Assembly: GCA_965228875.1 (NCBI GenBank)
Contig: OZ245843.1
Span: forward strand, 1,842,616-1,906,615
Source of the DNA: Thalassobaculaceae bacterium
Lineage (GTDB): Bacteria > Pseudomonadota > Alphaproteobacteria > Thalassobaculales > Thalassobaculaceae
Length of the DNA stretch: 64,000 nt
Reading direction: 5' to 3'
Within the stretch, counting starts at the first letter, position 1; each line of letters starts with the position of its first letter. This document shows positions 10,580 through 21,008 of this stretch, one piece after another. Both the position numbers and the translations under genes were made by a program. The notes under the pieces are model-generated. The model was not told the DNA's origin, made no database searches, and was given only the letters and a program-made list of their open reading frames with translations.

Positions 10580-10600
10580 CCTCTCCCGCGTCCAGCCGGT

Positions 10601-10714
10601 TAGAGCGCGATCGGTTCGGGTCGAAACGCTCTGAACCGTGAAGCGCCCTCTAACTCATTAATCAAAGGCCGAGTTCACACGATCAGCGTTTCCAGCCGAT
10701 CGTGATTTGCTCTG
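10601..10714 (-). repeat. ~115-bp double-hairpin intergenic repeat, copy 1 (CIR/RIME/BRU-RS-like)
   Basis: TAGAGCGCGATCGGTTC...CGATCGTGATTTGCTCTG; reverse-complement match to copies at 35958, 56239 and 62864. Confidence 0.88.
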
Positions 10715-10725
10715 GCCCCGTCCTT

Positions 10726-11637
10726 CTACGAAGCCGAGAGCGACGCCCCCGCCTCGTCCAGCGCCGCGTCGAACAGCGCCTTGAGCGCCGGCGTCGCGGT
10801 CAGCTCGGAGATCACACCGTCGGTGCGCGCCTGCAGGCCCGACAGATCCCGGCCGGTGATCATTCCGGCCGCCCTGAAGGCGACGGCCAGCCCCGCCATG
10901 AGGTCGTCGAGCGTCAGCGTGTCGTACGCCGCCAGCAGCTTGCGCAGCTCGAGGCCGAGCTTGGCCGTCTTCAGGCACTGGGAGACGGCGTCGGCGGTCA
11001 CCCGCTCCTCCCGGGCGACGATCGCCATCAACCGTTCGCGCAGTCGGAGAAGCTCCGTGCGCCGCTGCGCCACCGTCAGCGCCGTGTCGTCGCGGACGCT
11101 CTCGATATCGGCTGCCAGGAATCCACGCTCGACGACGAAACGGGCCGGATGCGCCTGCAGGCTCTTCGCCAGGGCCGCCATCTGCACCGTCAGCTTGTCC
11201 AGCGGCGCGATCGCCTGCTTCACCACCGGCGCGGCCAGAAGGCTGCCCTGTTCGAGCGATGCGAAGACCGCGGCGAACGTCGCGTACTGGCCGCGCAGCT
11301 TGACGAGCACCCCGTCCCAGTCCTTCGCGCTGCCGGCGCCGCCGAATGAGACCGGGTCCGCCAGAATGTCCAGCGTTGTGCGGGTGATCGGGTTCTTCGA
11401 CCCTTCGACCAGCTTCACGAAGGTGTCGGCGGCTTCGCTTGCGGACTGCGGCGGGGCGGCGACCTCCGCCTTGCGCAGCGCATCGATGCTGTCGATCGCC
11501 GCGTCGGCGGTCGCCTGGAACTGCACCGCTCCGACCTGCACGCTCCTGGCCTTCTCGGCGCAGCCGGCAAGCGCCAACGTCGCGCCGAGCACGAAGATCA
11601 GAGAGAAAGGCCGCAGCCCCGTGGTCATGGCCGCCAT
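10726..11637 (-). CDS. Hypothetical lipoprotein
   Basis: Hydrophobic N-terminus with LAGC lipobox; mostly helical body. Confidence 0.72.
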   Translation of the reverse strand: MAAMTTGLRPFSLIFVLGATLALAGCAEKARSVQVGAVQFQATADAAIDSIDALRKAEVAAPPQSASEAADTFVKLVEGSKNPITRTTLDILADPVSFGGAGSAKDWDGVLVKLRGQYATFAAVFASLEQGSLLAAPVVKQAIAPLDKLTVQMAALAKSLQAHPARFVVERGFLAADIESVRDDTALTVAQRRTELLRLRERLMAIVAREERVTADAVSQCLKTAKLGLELRKLLAAYDTLTLDDLMAGLAVAFRAAGMITGRDLSGLQARTDGVISELTATPALKALFDAALDEAGASLSAS

Positions 11638-11754
11638 GCCGCCCCCTTAAGCCGCAGTGATAACCCGGATCCCGCAACCTAATCCCGCCAGCGCCGGGAA
11701 CTCAACCGGATTCGACCCCATACGTTGCCGGACCGGAGGATCCGGACAACCGTT

Positions 11755-12621
11755 TCAGGTGTCGATCCTGGATCGCACGAAGCCGCCGACGGCCTCCAGC
11801 AGTTGGTCGAGGTCGGCCTTCAGGGCGGCGAACCTGGCGGTTTTTTCAAAGCTGTCGGTGTCCATATACAGGGCGCGGTTCAGCTCGATCTGCAGGGAGT
11901 GACGGCCCCGCTCCGGATCGGAGTGGCGGGCGACCAGTTCGGCCCCCTTGTAGGGATGGTTGATCGCCACCCGGTAGCCCAAGTCCCGCAGCACTCCGGC
12001 GGCCGCATCGATGAAGGCGGGGTCGCAGGTCTCGCCCTCCCGGTCGCTCAGCACCATGTCCGGACGGGCCGAGCCGGCATCCACGTTCATCGCATTTCCC
12101 ACCGGCTTCATCGAATGGCAGTCGATATGAAAGACCTGACCGAACCGGTCGTGGGCCGCCGCGATCGCATCGGCAACCGCCGCGTGATACGGGCGATGGT
12201 AGGTCTCGAGCCGATGCATGACCTCGGCCACGGTCAGTTTGCGGTCATAGATCGGCCGCCCCTTGAGGATGTACCGGCGCACCACGCCCATCCCGTAGGC
12301 AGTCTTCTCACCGGGATTGACCGGCAGCGGCCACACGCCGTCGATCAGATCGAGGTCAAGGTCGTCCTCCGCCCGGTTGGCGTCGACATAGGCGCGGGGA
12401 AACCGCGCGGCGATCAGCGTCGCACCGACCGCCGGCGCATGATCGAACAGCTCGTCCACGAAGGCATCGACCGAGGTCATCAGTTCGGCCTCGGTCACGA
12501 CATGATCGAAGTCATCCGGCCAGTCCGCGCTGTTGTGCGGACTGTCGACCACCAGGGGGATCTGTTCGGCCGTCGGTTCCCGGCGCAGGAACACGCCGGG
12601 AACGAGTTGGTCAGGCGCCAT
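11755..12621 (-). CDS. N-formylglutamate amidohydrolase family protein
   Basis: DSPH, RAYVDANR, YHRPYH, DCHSM, NHPYKG, QIELNRALY. Confidence 0.9.
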   Translation of the reverse strand: MAPDQLVPGVFLRREPTAEQIPLVVDSPHNSADWPDDFDHVVTEAELMTSVDAFVDELFDHAPAVGATLIAARFPRAYVDANRAEDDLDLDLIDGVWPLPVNPGEKTAYGMGVVRRYILKGRPIYDRKLTVAEVMHRLETYHRPYHAAVADAIAAAHDRFGQVFHIDCHSMKPVGNAMNVDAGSARPDMVLSDREGETCDPAFIDAAAGVLRDLGYRVAINHPYKGAELVARHSDPERGRHSLQIELNRALYMDTDSFEKTARFAALKADLDQLLEAVGGFVRSRIDT

Positions 12622-13645
12622 CGTTCAGGTGACAGGCGGAATACCGGCCCGGCGCGATCTCCCGCAGCATCGGTTGCTCGACCTTGCACCGCTCCGTCGC
12701 ATGCGGGCAGCGGGGATGGAAGTGGCAACCGCTCGGCGGATTCAGCGGCGACGGGATCTCGCCCTTCACCGGCACGAACCGTCGCTTGCGGGTATCGAGG
12801 CGCGGAACCTCGGCCAACAGGGCCTGGGTATAGGGATGGTTCGCCGACTCGAAGATATCCTCGGTCCTTGCGGTCTCGACCACGCGGCCGAGATACATGA
12901 TCACCACCCTGTCCGACAGGTGCTCGACGACGCCGAGATCGTGGCTGATGAAAAGATAGGTAAGGCTGAACTCCTCGCGCAGGCGCATGAACAGGTTCAG
13001 CACCTGGGCCTGGATCGAGACGTCGAGAGCGGCCACCGACTCGTCGCAGACCAGGAACTCCGGATTGACCGCCAGCGCGCGGGCGATGCCGATACGCTGG
13101 CGCTGACCGCCGGAGAACTGGTGCGGGTAGCGTCGGGCGTAGGTCGGATCGAGGCCGACCCGGATCAGCATTTCGTCGACATAATCCTGCAGGTCCTTGG
13201 CATCGACCAGCCCATGGACACGCGGCGCCTCGCCGACGATGTCCTGGACCCGAAGGCGCGGGTTCAGCGAACTCATCGGGTCCTGGAAGATCATCTGCAC
13301 CTTGAGCGCGGCGTCACGCGCCTCGGTGGCCGACATCGTCGACATCTCGCGGCCGCGGAACAGCACCTCTCCGGAGGTCGCCGCATGGACACCGGCGACG
13401 ACCCGGCCAAGGGTGGACTTGCCGCACCCGGACTCGCCGACCAGGCCCACCACCTCGCCATCGGAGATCGACATGGAGACGGTGTCGACGGCGTGGACGA
13501 CCTCGTCCTTCAGACCGGCACCGAAGACGTTGGCGATCTTCGCCGCCGCGTCCAAGGGTTTCACGAACCGCTTGGTGACGTTGCGCAACTCCACGATCGG
13601 CGTTTCCGCCGCCGGCGCGACCTCCTTCTCGACCGCCGCGCTCAT
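12611..13645 (-). CDS. Oligopeptide/dipeptide ABC transporter ATP-binding protein (DppF/OppF-like)
   Basis: GESGCGKS, FSGGQRQR, HPYT, C-terminal Cys motif; start MSAAVEKE. Confidence 0.93.
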   Translation of the reverse strand: MSAAVEKEVAPAAETPIVELRNVTKRFVKPLDAAAKIANVFGAGLKDEVVHAVDTVSMSISDGEVVGLVGESGCGKSTLGRVVAGVHAATSGEVLFRGREMSTMSATEARDAALKVQMIFQDPMSSLNPRLRVQDIVGEAPRVHGLVDAKDLQDYVDEMLIRVGLDPTYARRYPHQFSGGQRQRIGIARALAVNPEFLVCDESVAALDVSIQAQVLNLFMRLREEFSLTYLFISHDLGVVEHLSDRVVIMYLGRVVETARTEDIFESANHPYTQALLAEVPRLDTRKRRFVPVKGEIPSPLNPPSGCHFHPRCPHATERCKVEQPMLREIAPGRYSACHLNDGA

Positions 13646-14658
13646 GCCGGCACCTCCACGCCGGGGGCCTGGGCGCTCTGCCCGGCCGGCACCGGATAAT
13701 GGCAGCGCACGTCGCGTTCCGGGACCGGATGGGTGATCAGCGGCGCGGTGTCGCAGTCTTCGCCGACCCGCGGGCAGCGTGTCTTGAAGGGACATCCCGG
13801 CGGCAGGTTCAGCAGGGACGGCGTCATGCCGGGAATCTGTGCCAGCGGCTGGCCTCGCCGGTTGCGGCTCGGTACGGAATTGATGAGGCCGTGGGTATAG
13901 GGATGCGCCGGGCTGTCCAGGACGTCGTTGACCGTCCCGTGCTCGACCACGCGGCCGGCGTACATGACGCAGATCTCGTCAGCCAGGCCGGCAACCACGG
14001 ACAGGTCGTGGGTGATCCAGATCAGGGCCGTGCCCGTTTCCTCGCAGAGCTTCTGCACCTCGTAGAGGATCTGTCCCTGGATGGTGACGTCGAGCGCCGT
14101 CGTCGGCTCGTCGGCGACGATCAGATCGGGCTTGTTCAGCAACGCGATCGCGATCGCGACCCGCTGGCGCATGCCGCCGGAGAACTGATGCGGATAGGAT
14201 TTCAGACGCTCCTCCGCCGAGGGGATGCCGACCTGCAGCAGGGCGGCCCGCGACCGTTCCCACGCCTCCTCGCGGCTGACGTTCTCGTGCGCCTGGATCG
14301 CCTCGATCATCTGCGTATCGACGCGCAGCACGGGGTTCAGGGTCATCATCGGATCCTGGAAGATCATCGCGATGTTGTTGCCCCGCAGCCGGCGCATGCG
14401 CTCATCCGGCGCGTTCGCGATGTTCTCGCCCTTGTACAGGATCTCACCGCCGACGACCCGGCCGGGCTGATCGACCAGGCCGAGCACCGAGAACCCGGTC
14501 ACGGTCTTGCCGGATCCGGACTCCCCGACCAGTCCGAGGATCTCGCCCGGGCGCACGGTGAAGGACACGTCGTCCACCGCCTTGACCACACCGCCACGGG
14601 TGAAGAAATGGGTCTGCAGGTTCCGAACCTCGAGCGTCGGAACATCGGTATTCGCCAC
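13642..14658 (-). CDS. Oligopeptide/dipeptide ABC transporter ATP-binding protein (DppD/OppD-like)
   Basis: [28 protein letters not shown] start at 14658 after GAGGGG. Confidence 0.92.
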   Translation of the reverse strand: MANTDVPTLEVRNLQTHFFTRGGVVKAVDDVSFTVRPGEILGLVGESGSGKTVTGFSVLGLVDQPGRVVGGEILYKGENIANAPDERMRRLRGNNIAMIFQDPMMTLNPVLRVDTQMIEAIQAHENVSREEAWERSRAALLQVGIPSAEERLKSYPHQFSGGMRQRVAIAIALLNKPDLIVADEPTTALDVTIQGQILYEVQKLCEETGTALIWITHDLSVVAGLADEICVMYAGRVVEHGTVNDVLDSPAHPYTHGLINSVPSRNRRGQPLAQIPGMTPSLLNLPPGCPFKTRCPRVGEDCDTAPLITHPVPERDVRCHYPVPAGQSAQAPGVEVPA

Positions 14659-14669
14659 GGGACCCCCTC

Positions 14670-15629
14670 TTACTTCTGCAGGCGTGGATTGAGCACGTCG
14701 CGCAGCCGGTCGCCGACCAGGTTGATGCTCATGATCATGAACAGCAGCGCAAGACCGGGAAACACGCTGATCCAGTACTTTCCGCTCATCACGTACTCGA
14801 ACCCATTGGAGATCAGCTTGCCGAGCGACGGTTCGGTCTGCGGCAGCCCGAGACCGAGGAACGACAGCGTCGCCTCGAGGGAAATGGCATGGGCGGTCTG
14901 CATGGTACCGACGACGATGATCGGCGCGACACAGTTCGGCAGCAGGTGTCGGAACAGGACGCGCCGGTTGCTGAGCGCCAGACAGTTCGCCGCCTCGACG
15001 TACTCTTTGCGGCGCTCCACCAGGGCCGACCCGCGGATCGTGCGGGCGTAGTAGGCCCACTGCACGACGACGAGGGCGACGATGATCTTGAAGACCGCGA
15101 AATAACTCGGTTCGTTCGGTCCGCCCTTCATCACCGCCAGCAGGATCAGGGCGACCAGAATCGCCGGGAAGGAAAGCTGAATGTCGACGAACCGCATAAT
15201 CACCGCGTCGACGCGGCCGCCGAAATAGGCGGCGATCAGACCCAGCGAGCAGCCGATCACCAGCGCGATGACGCCCGATCCGATCCCGACGCCGAGGCTG
15301 ATCCGCAGACCATAGATCATCGCGCTGAGCAGGTCGCGTCCCGCGCCGTCGGTGCCGAGCCAGGCGATCGGACCCGCGCCGAAATTCATCGCCTCTCCCG
15401 GCGCCAGGCGGCTGTCCATGATGCTGACAGACGCCAGGTCATAGGGATTGGTCGGCGCCACGAACGGGCCGACGATGGCGATCAGGAGCACGATGAAAAC
15501 GCCGATCGCGCCGATCACCGCGACCGGACTCTCCACATAGTCCGAAAGGAACCGCCGGAACGGGGTCTCGACGCCACCGGAACTCTGCTTGGCCGCCGGG
15601 GCGGCGTCATCTTCTTGAATCGCTGTCAT
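14670..15629 (-). CDS. Peptide ABC transporter permease (DppC/OppC-like)
   Basis: LGTDGAGRD, EYVEAA loop, LSFLGLG; start MTAIQEDD. Confidence 0.92.
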   Translation of the reverse strand: MTAIQEDDAAPAAKQSSGGVETPFRRFLSDYVESPVAVIGAIGVFIVLLIAIVGPFVAPTNPYDLASVSIMDSRLAPGEAMNFGAGPIAWLGTDGAGRDLLSAMIYGLRISLGVGIGSGVIALVIGCSLGLIAAYFGGRVDAVIMRFVDIQLSFPAILVALILLAVMKGGPNEPSYFAVFKIIVALVVVQWAYYARTIRGSALVERRKEYVEAANCLALSNRRVLFRHLLPNCVAPIIVVGTMQTAHAISLEATLSFLGLGLPQTEPSLGKLISNGFEYVMSGKYWISVFPGLALLFMIMSINLVGDRLRDVLNPRLQK

Positions 15630-16609
15630 GCCTTGATGTCCTGCAAACGGACCCGCGGGTCGAGCAGCGAGTAGCAGATGTCGACCACCAGGTTCAGGAA
15701 GACGAACAGCAGCACGATGATCATCAGGTAGGCGACAATCACCGGCCGGTCGAGAAGGCCGATGGAATCGATCAGCAGTTTGCCGATCCCCGGCCACGCG
15801 AACACCGTCTCGGTCACGACCGAGAAGGCCACCAGGCCACCGAACTCGAGGCCGAGCACGGTGACGACGGGGATGAGGATGTTCTTCATCACGTGCACGA
15901 GGATCACCCGCCGGTCCGTCAGCCCCTTGGCGCGGGCGAACTTGACGTAGTCCTGGTGCACGACCTCCCGCGTTCCCGCGCGGGCCAGGCGGATCACCAT
16001 CGACAGCTTGAACAGCGCCAGATTGATAGCCGGCAGCAGCACATGGCTCCACCCGTCGAGACTCAAGAGCGATGTCGGGAAGCCGAGGACGTAGGTGATC
16101 TCGTCGCCGCGCCCGGTGGAGGGCAGCAAGCCGAGTTGTACCGAGAACAGCAGGATCATCATGATGCCGACCCAGAAGGTCGGCAGGCTGAAGCCCAGAA
16201 TAGACGCGGACATGATCACCTTGGAGGAGACCGTGTCCGGTTTCAGCCCGGCCCACACGCCGAGCGGTATTCCGAAGACCACGGCGATCAGCAGCGCGGC
16301 GATCGCCAGTTCCATCGTTGCCGGCAGCCGGTCGAGAATGAGCTGCAGCGCCGGTTCGTTGAACACGAAACTCTCGCCCAGATTGCCCTGCGCCGCCTTG
16401 GTCAGGAACCGCAGGTACTGGATATGGAATGGCTTATCGAGGCCGAGGCTCTCCACGATCGCCTGACGCTCCGCCTGATCGGCGTCGTCGGCGACGAGGA
16501 TTTCCGTCGGGTCGCCCACCAGGAACACCCCGGAGAACACCAGAAAGGACATAACCAGGACGACCAGGGCCGCCTGCATCAATCGTCTGATGATGAAGAC
16601 CGTCATCAT
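15626..16609 (-). CDS. Peptide ABC transporter permease (DppB/OppB-like)
   Basis: FIIRRL start, LPATMELA, DYVKFARAKGL, ETVFAWPGIG. Confidence 0.93.
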   Translation of the reverse strand: MMTVFIIRRLMQAALVVLVMSFLVFSGVFLVGDPTEILVADDADQAERQAIVESLGLDKPFHIQYLRFLTKAAQGNLGESFVFNEPALQLILDRLPATMELAIAALLIAVVFGIPLGVWAGLKPDTVSSKVIMSASILGFSLPTFWVGIMMILLFSVQLGLLPSTGRGDEITYVLGFPTSLLSLDGWSHVLLPAINLALFKLSMVIRLARAGTREVVHQDYVKFARAKGLTDRRVILVHVMKNILIPVVTVLGLEFGGLVAFSVVTETVFAWPGIGKLLIDSIGLLDRPVIVAYLMIIVLLFVFLNLVVDICYSLLDPRVRLQDIKA

Positions 16610-16725
16610 CGACCTCCCGAAAGACCGCTTCCGCGACGGCCGCCGGAGCGCCATCGCGGAAGGGTACGCGGAAACAGGTCCGAAACGAGCGCGGCCGGAT
16701 CCGCCCGGCCGCGCTCAGCTCTGCG

Positions 16726-18341
16726 TCAGTTGGCGGGCGACAGGTCGTACGCCGTCGTCCGCTCGTCGGTGCGCGGGGCATAGGTCAGTCCCTTGCGCGC
16801 CGCCCAGGTGTTCACCTGGTAGTGCAGCGGGATGATGCCCTGGTTCTGACCGATGGCGATGTCGGTCGCCTCGGCGAGCAGCGCGCCACGCTTGGCATCG
16901 TCCACCGACGCCAGCGCCTCCTCGATCAGCGCGTCCACCTTCGGGTCCGAATGCCGGCCGCGGTTCGACGCGCCCCAGCCCTTGGACGGGTTGTGGGTCG
17001 CCAGCAGCGACTTCAGCGGCGAGGACGCCTCGCCCGTGCCGGAACCCCAGCCGACCAGCACGAGGCTGAACTCCGGCGAGCCGTCCGGCGCGCCCTTGGA
17101 CGCACGCGAGAAGTAGACGTTCTTCGGCATGGTCACGACCTTGGTCGGGAGACCCGCCGCCGAGAGCATCTGGCCGATCGCCTCGGTGATCTTGGCGTCG
17201 TTGATGTAGCGGTCGTTCGGCCCGTGGATGGTCAGGCCGAAGCCGTCACCCCAGCCCGCTTCCGCCAGCAGCTTCTTGGCGCCAGCCACATCGTACTTCT
17301 CCGGCTTCAGGTTCGGCGACAGACCGAAGAAACCCTTCGGCAGCAGCTGACCGGCCGGAATGGCGACGCCCTCCATGACCCGTTCGACGATGGCCGGACG
17401 GTTGATCATCATGGAGATGGCCTTGCGCACCCGTGCGTCCCGCAGCGGGTTCTTGTCCAGCGGGTTGCCGTCCTTGTCGGTGACGAAGGGCGACTGGTCG
17501 CGGAACTGATCCATGTGCAGGTAGATCACACGGTTGGACACGCCCGAGCTGAGGTCGACGTCCTTGTTCTTCTTCAGAACCTCGATATCGGCGGTCGGCA
17601 CGTTGTCGATCATGTCGACGTCGCCGGCCAGCAGCGCGGCGACCCGCGCCGGCTCGGACGGGATGAACTTGAAGGTCACCTTGTCCCAGGGCTGCGCCAT
17701 CGGACCGACATAGCCCTCGTACTTCTCGAGAACGATGCGGTCGCCCTTCTTCCACTCGACGAACTTGTACGGTCCGGTGCCGAACGTGGCAGTGCCGTCG
17801 TTGAAGTCGCCGGCATCGATACCCTTGTTGGTCGCCGCATCCGCGGTGCCCTTGGCCTCCGACGACATGATCATGACCGTGGTCAGATCGTTCGGCATCA
17901 GCGGATAGGGCTTCTCCGTCGTGATGTGCAGCGTGTGGTCGTCGATCTTCTTGAGGGTCTTGCCCTTGGTGTAGATCCGGAACGACGAGTTGCCGCCGGT
18001 ATAGCCGTCGGCCCGCTCGAACGAATAGATCACATCGTCGACGGTGAAGTCGGTCCCGTCATGGAACTTCACGCCCTGGCGGAGCTTGAACTCCCAGGTC
18101 GTGTCGTCCAGCGCCTTGTACGACTCGGCCAGCCGCGGGAACAGCTGCTGGTTGGAGCGAAGTCCACGAGACGGCCGAAGACGTGGCCGATCATCGCGTT
18201 GTTCGGTCCGAGGTTGTGAAAATACGGATCCATCGAGGACGGTTCCGACCGAATCCCGATCGTCACGTCCGCCGCCATCGCCGGGCCGGCCAATGCCGCC
18301 ATCGCGACCGCCGTCACCCCCAGCCGACGAATGAAACTCAT
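16726..18341 (-). pseudogene. Family-5 ABC substrate-binding protein with a single -1 frameshift near 18157 (pseudogene or sequencing error)
   Basis: Signal peptide MSFIRRLGV...AMAADVTIG in one frame; LAESY...TWEFKLRQGVKFHDG and the rest in another; span 1616 bp = 3n-1. Confidence 0.85.
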
Positions 18342-18452
18342 CCCTGCCTCCATCTGTGCGTTCGGATTCCTAGGCATCCGCGCTCGTGTCGTTGCACGCG
18401 CGAAGCCCAGAGCATGGCGGAATTGGACACACCGCACAATCCCGCATGCTGA

Positions 18453-18467
18453 CCAATGTCACATTGG
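18453..18467. promoter_or_regulatory. Palindrome CCAATGT-C-ACATTGG, operator candidate
   Basis: Perfect 7-bp inverted repeat in the divergent gap upstream of the ABC operon. Confidence 0.4.
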
Positions 18468-18618
18468 CGCTATGGCAATCCGGACGGGCATGGCCTAGCC
18501 TCGATCCGGTACCTCACCGACGCTCTCATCCTGTGATCCACAGCCGACGCCGTCTCAAGGAATCGACCGTATTCGACCGGTCCGCCCCCGCCCCTCGCCT
18601 TTCGCCGGGGGCGGAAGG

Positions 18619-19584
18619 GTGAGCGGCGTCGCCGATCCGCGCCCGTGGCCGGTCGAACTGTCGGCGCCGGATATCGAACGCTGGCGCGGCGGCAATACCG
18701 GCGCGCCGTTCTTCACCAGCCTGGACTCCGGTCGGCCCGGCCCGCACGTCATGGTCACCGCCGTCACCCACGGGAACGAACTGTGCGGTGCCATCGTTCT
18801 GGACAATCTGCTCGCCGGCGGTCTGCGGCCACGGGCAGGGCGGCTCACCGTCGGTTTCAGCAACGTGGCCGCCTTCCTCGCGTTCGACCCCGCCTATCCA
18901 CAGCTGTCGCGCTTCGTGGACGAGGATCTCAACCGGGTCTGGGATCGGGCGACGCTGGATGGGCCACGCTCCAGCGTCGAGCTTGCCCGCGCCCGTGACA
19001 TCAGGCCGCTTCTCGATACCGCCGATCTGCTTCTCGACATTCATTCGATGTCCAACCCGGTCGAGCCCCTGATGCTGGCCGGCGCCTGCGACAAGGGCAT
19101 CGACCTCGCCCGGCGGGTCGGCACGCCGGCGTCGATCGTCGTCGATGCCGGCCACGCGGCCGGTGTCCGCATGCGCGACTACGGCTCTTTCGCCGACCCC
19201 GCCGATCCCCGCGCCGCGCTGTTGCTCGAGGCCGGGCAGCACTGGTCCGCCGACACCCTGCCGGTCGCCGAGGAGGCGCTGTTCCGGTTCCTTGTCGCCT
19301 CCGGCACCCTGGCGCCGGAGGACGTGCCGGCCGACTACCGGACGCCGCCGCCGCCCCAGCGCATCATCCAGGTGACCGAGGCCGTGACCGTTCAAAGCCG
19401 CGCCTTCGCTTTCGTCGAGGGCTATCTCGGCATGGAGGAGATCACCGACGCCGGTACCGTGATCGGCCACGACGACGGCGAACCGGTCGTCACCCCCTAC
19501 GACCGCTGCATCCTCATCATGCCCTCGCATCGCCCCGCACCGGGGCAGACGGCGGTCCGGCTCGGGCGGGTGATCGATGGCTGA
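18619..19584 (+). CDS. Succinylglutamate desuccinylase / aspartoacylase (M14) family protein
   Basis: THGNELCG, DLNRVW, LDIHSM, EAGQH. Confidence 0.88.
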   Translation: MSGVADPRPWPVELSAPDIERWRGGNTGAPFFTSLDSGRPGPHVMVTAVTHGNELCGAIVLDNLLAGGLRPRAGRLTVGFSNVAAFLAFDPAYPQLSRFVDEDLNRVWDRATLDGPRSSVELARARDIRPLLDTADLLLDIHSMSNPVEPLMLAGACDKGIDLARRVGTPASIVVDAGHAAGVRMRDYGSFADPADPRAALLLEAGQHWSADTLPVAEEALFRFLVASGTLAPEDVPADYRTPPPPQRIIQVTEAVTVQSRAFAFVEGYLGMEEITDAGTVIGHDDGEPVVTPYDRCILIMPSHRPAPGQTAVRLGRVIDG

Positions 19585-20695
19585 TCCGCAGCACGACGCG
19601 CCGGATCGCGGCGACAGCGAAAGGACGCCCGGCGGCGACCGGATGACCGCCGGGCGGCCGCGCGGTTCAATGGTGCTCGCGCTTGCCATCGGGACCGCCG
19701 GCGGCCTGCTCTTCGCCTGGCTCAAGCTGCCGCTGCCGTGGATGATGGGGGCGATGGTGGCGACCACGATCGCGTCGATCGCCGGCGCCAACATCCGCAT
19801 CGAACTGCGTCTGCGCATGGTGATGATCGCCGTTCTCGGCGTGATGCTGGGCAGCGCGTTCCGCCCGGAACTGGTCGACCAGGTCGGCGAGTGGGCGGTG
19901 TCGATCTGCGGTCTGCTCGTCTATGCCGTCACCGCCGGCGCGCTGGTGACCTGGTATTTCCGCCGGGTCGGCGGCTACGATCCGGTCACCGCCTACTTCG
20001 CGTCGTCGCCGGGCGGCCTCAACGAGATGGTGCTGGTCGGCCGCGAGATGGGCGGCGACGACCGGGTGATCGCCCTCACCCACTCGGCACGCATCCTGCT
20101 CGTGGTGATGACGATCCCGTTCCTGTTCCGGATGTTCGCCGACTACACGCCGTCGCCCGATCTCCTGCCCCGCGGGCCGGGCCTCGACATGGCCCTGCGG
20201 GACTGGCTGATCCTCGCCGGCTGCGCGGCGCTCGGCGCGGCGGCGGCCAAGCTGCTCAGGCTTCCGGCGGCGTTCCTGGTCGGACCGATGGTCCTGTCCG
20301 GCGCGGTCCACCTGTCCGGCCTGACCGAAGCGAGCCCGCCGAGCCTGCTGGTCGCCTGCGCCCAGGTGGTCATGGGGTCCGGGATCGGCTGCCGGTTCGC
20401 CGGCACCGCCGTCTCCGAGGTGCTGCGCATCGTGCGGATCTCGATCGGCTCGACCGTGATCCTGATGGCCTCTGGCGTGCTCTTCGGCGTGGTGCTGGAG
20501 CACATCACCGGCGTGCCGTGGTTCGTCCTCGTCCTGGCCTATGCGCCGGGCGGCCTCGCCGAGATGAGTCTGGTGGCGCTGGCGCTCGGCCGCGACGTGG
20601 CCTTCGTCGCCACCCACCACATCTTCCGGATCGGATTCATCGTGATCCTGGCGCCGATGGCGTTCCGGATCATGCGGCGCGGCGACAAGTCCTGA
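19577..20695 (+). CDS. AbrB-family membrane protein (PF05145-like, duplicated domain)
   Basis: Repeated PLPWMMG / PAAFLVGPM and SPGGLNEM / APGGLAEM motifs. Confidence 0.87.
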   Translation: MADPQHDAPDRGDSERTPGGDRMTAGRPRGSMVLALAIGTAGGLLFAWLKLPLPWMMGAMVATTIASIAGANIRIELRLRMVMIAVLGVMLGSAFRPELVDQVGEWAVSICGLLVYAVTAGALVTWYFRRVGGYDPVTAYFASSPGGLNEMVLVGREMGGDDRVIALTHSARILLVVMTIPFLFRMFADYTPSPDLLPRGPGLDMALRDWLILAGCAALGAAAAKLLRLPAAFLVGPMVLSGAVHLSGLTEASPPSLLVACAQVVMGSGIGCRFAGTAVSEVLRIVRISIGSTVILMASGVLFGVVLEHITGVPWFVLVLAYAPGGLAEMSLVALALGRDVAFVATHHIFRIGFIVILAPMAFRIMRRGDKS

Positions 20696-20698
20696 GGC

Positions 20699-20923
20699 TC
20701 ACCGCCTGTCGGCGGGGAACAACGCCGCCGCCCGTTCCGCGATCCAGAGCGTCAGAACCGCATACAGCGGGACCAGCGGATAGCGCAGGTCCCAGAGCCA
20801 GGTTCCCCGCAACTGCCGCTCCAGGCCGGCGAACTTGACCGGATCCAGGCTGAAGCCGACCCAGAGCTTCCACAGCGCGACACCGAGCACGACCGTGACG
20901 GCGAGACGGATCAGATGGCGCAC
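20699..20923 (-). CDS. Small hypothetical membrane protein
   Basis: Two hydrophobic segments; GTG start after GGGGAGG. Confidence 0.6.
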   Translation of the reverse strand: MRHLIRLAVTVVLGVALWKLWVGFSLDPVKFAGLERQLRGTWLWDLRYPLVPLYAVLTLWIAERAAALFPADRR

Positions 20924-21008
20924 GGCCTCACCTCCCCTTCGCGTTTCCCGGTCCACGGCCGGGTCCCGCTCCTGAAGGCGGCGCCCGGCGCTTCCGACGG
21001 CTGCCGCC

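Noticed and set aside
18130..18170. Programmed frameshift or phase-variable tract in the SBP gene
   Set aside because: No homopolymer, short tandem repeat or slippery heptamer at the shift point.
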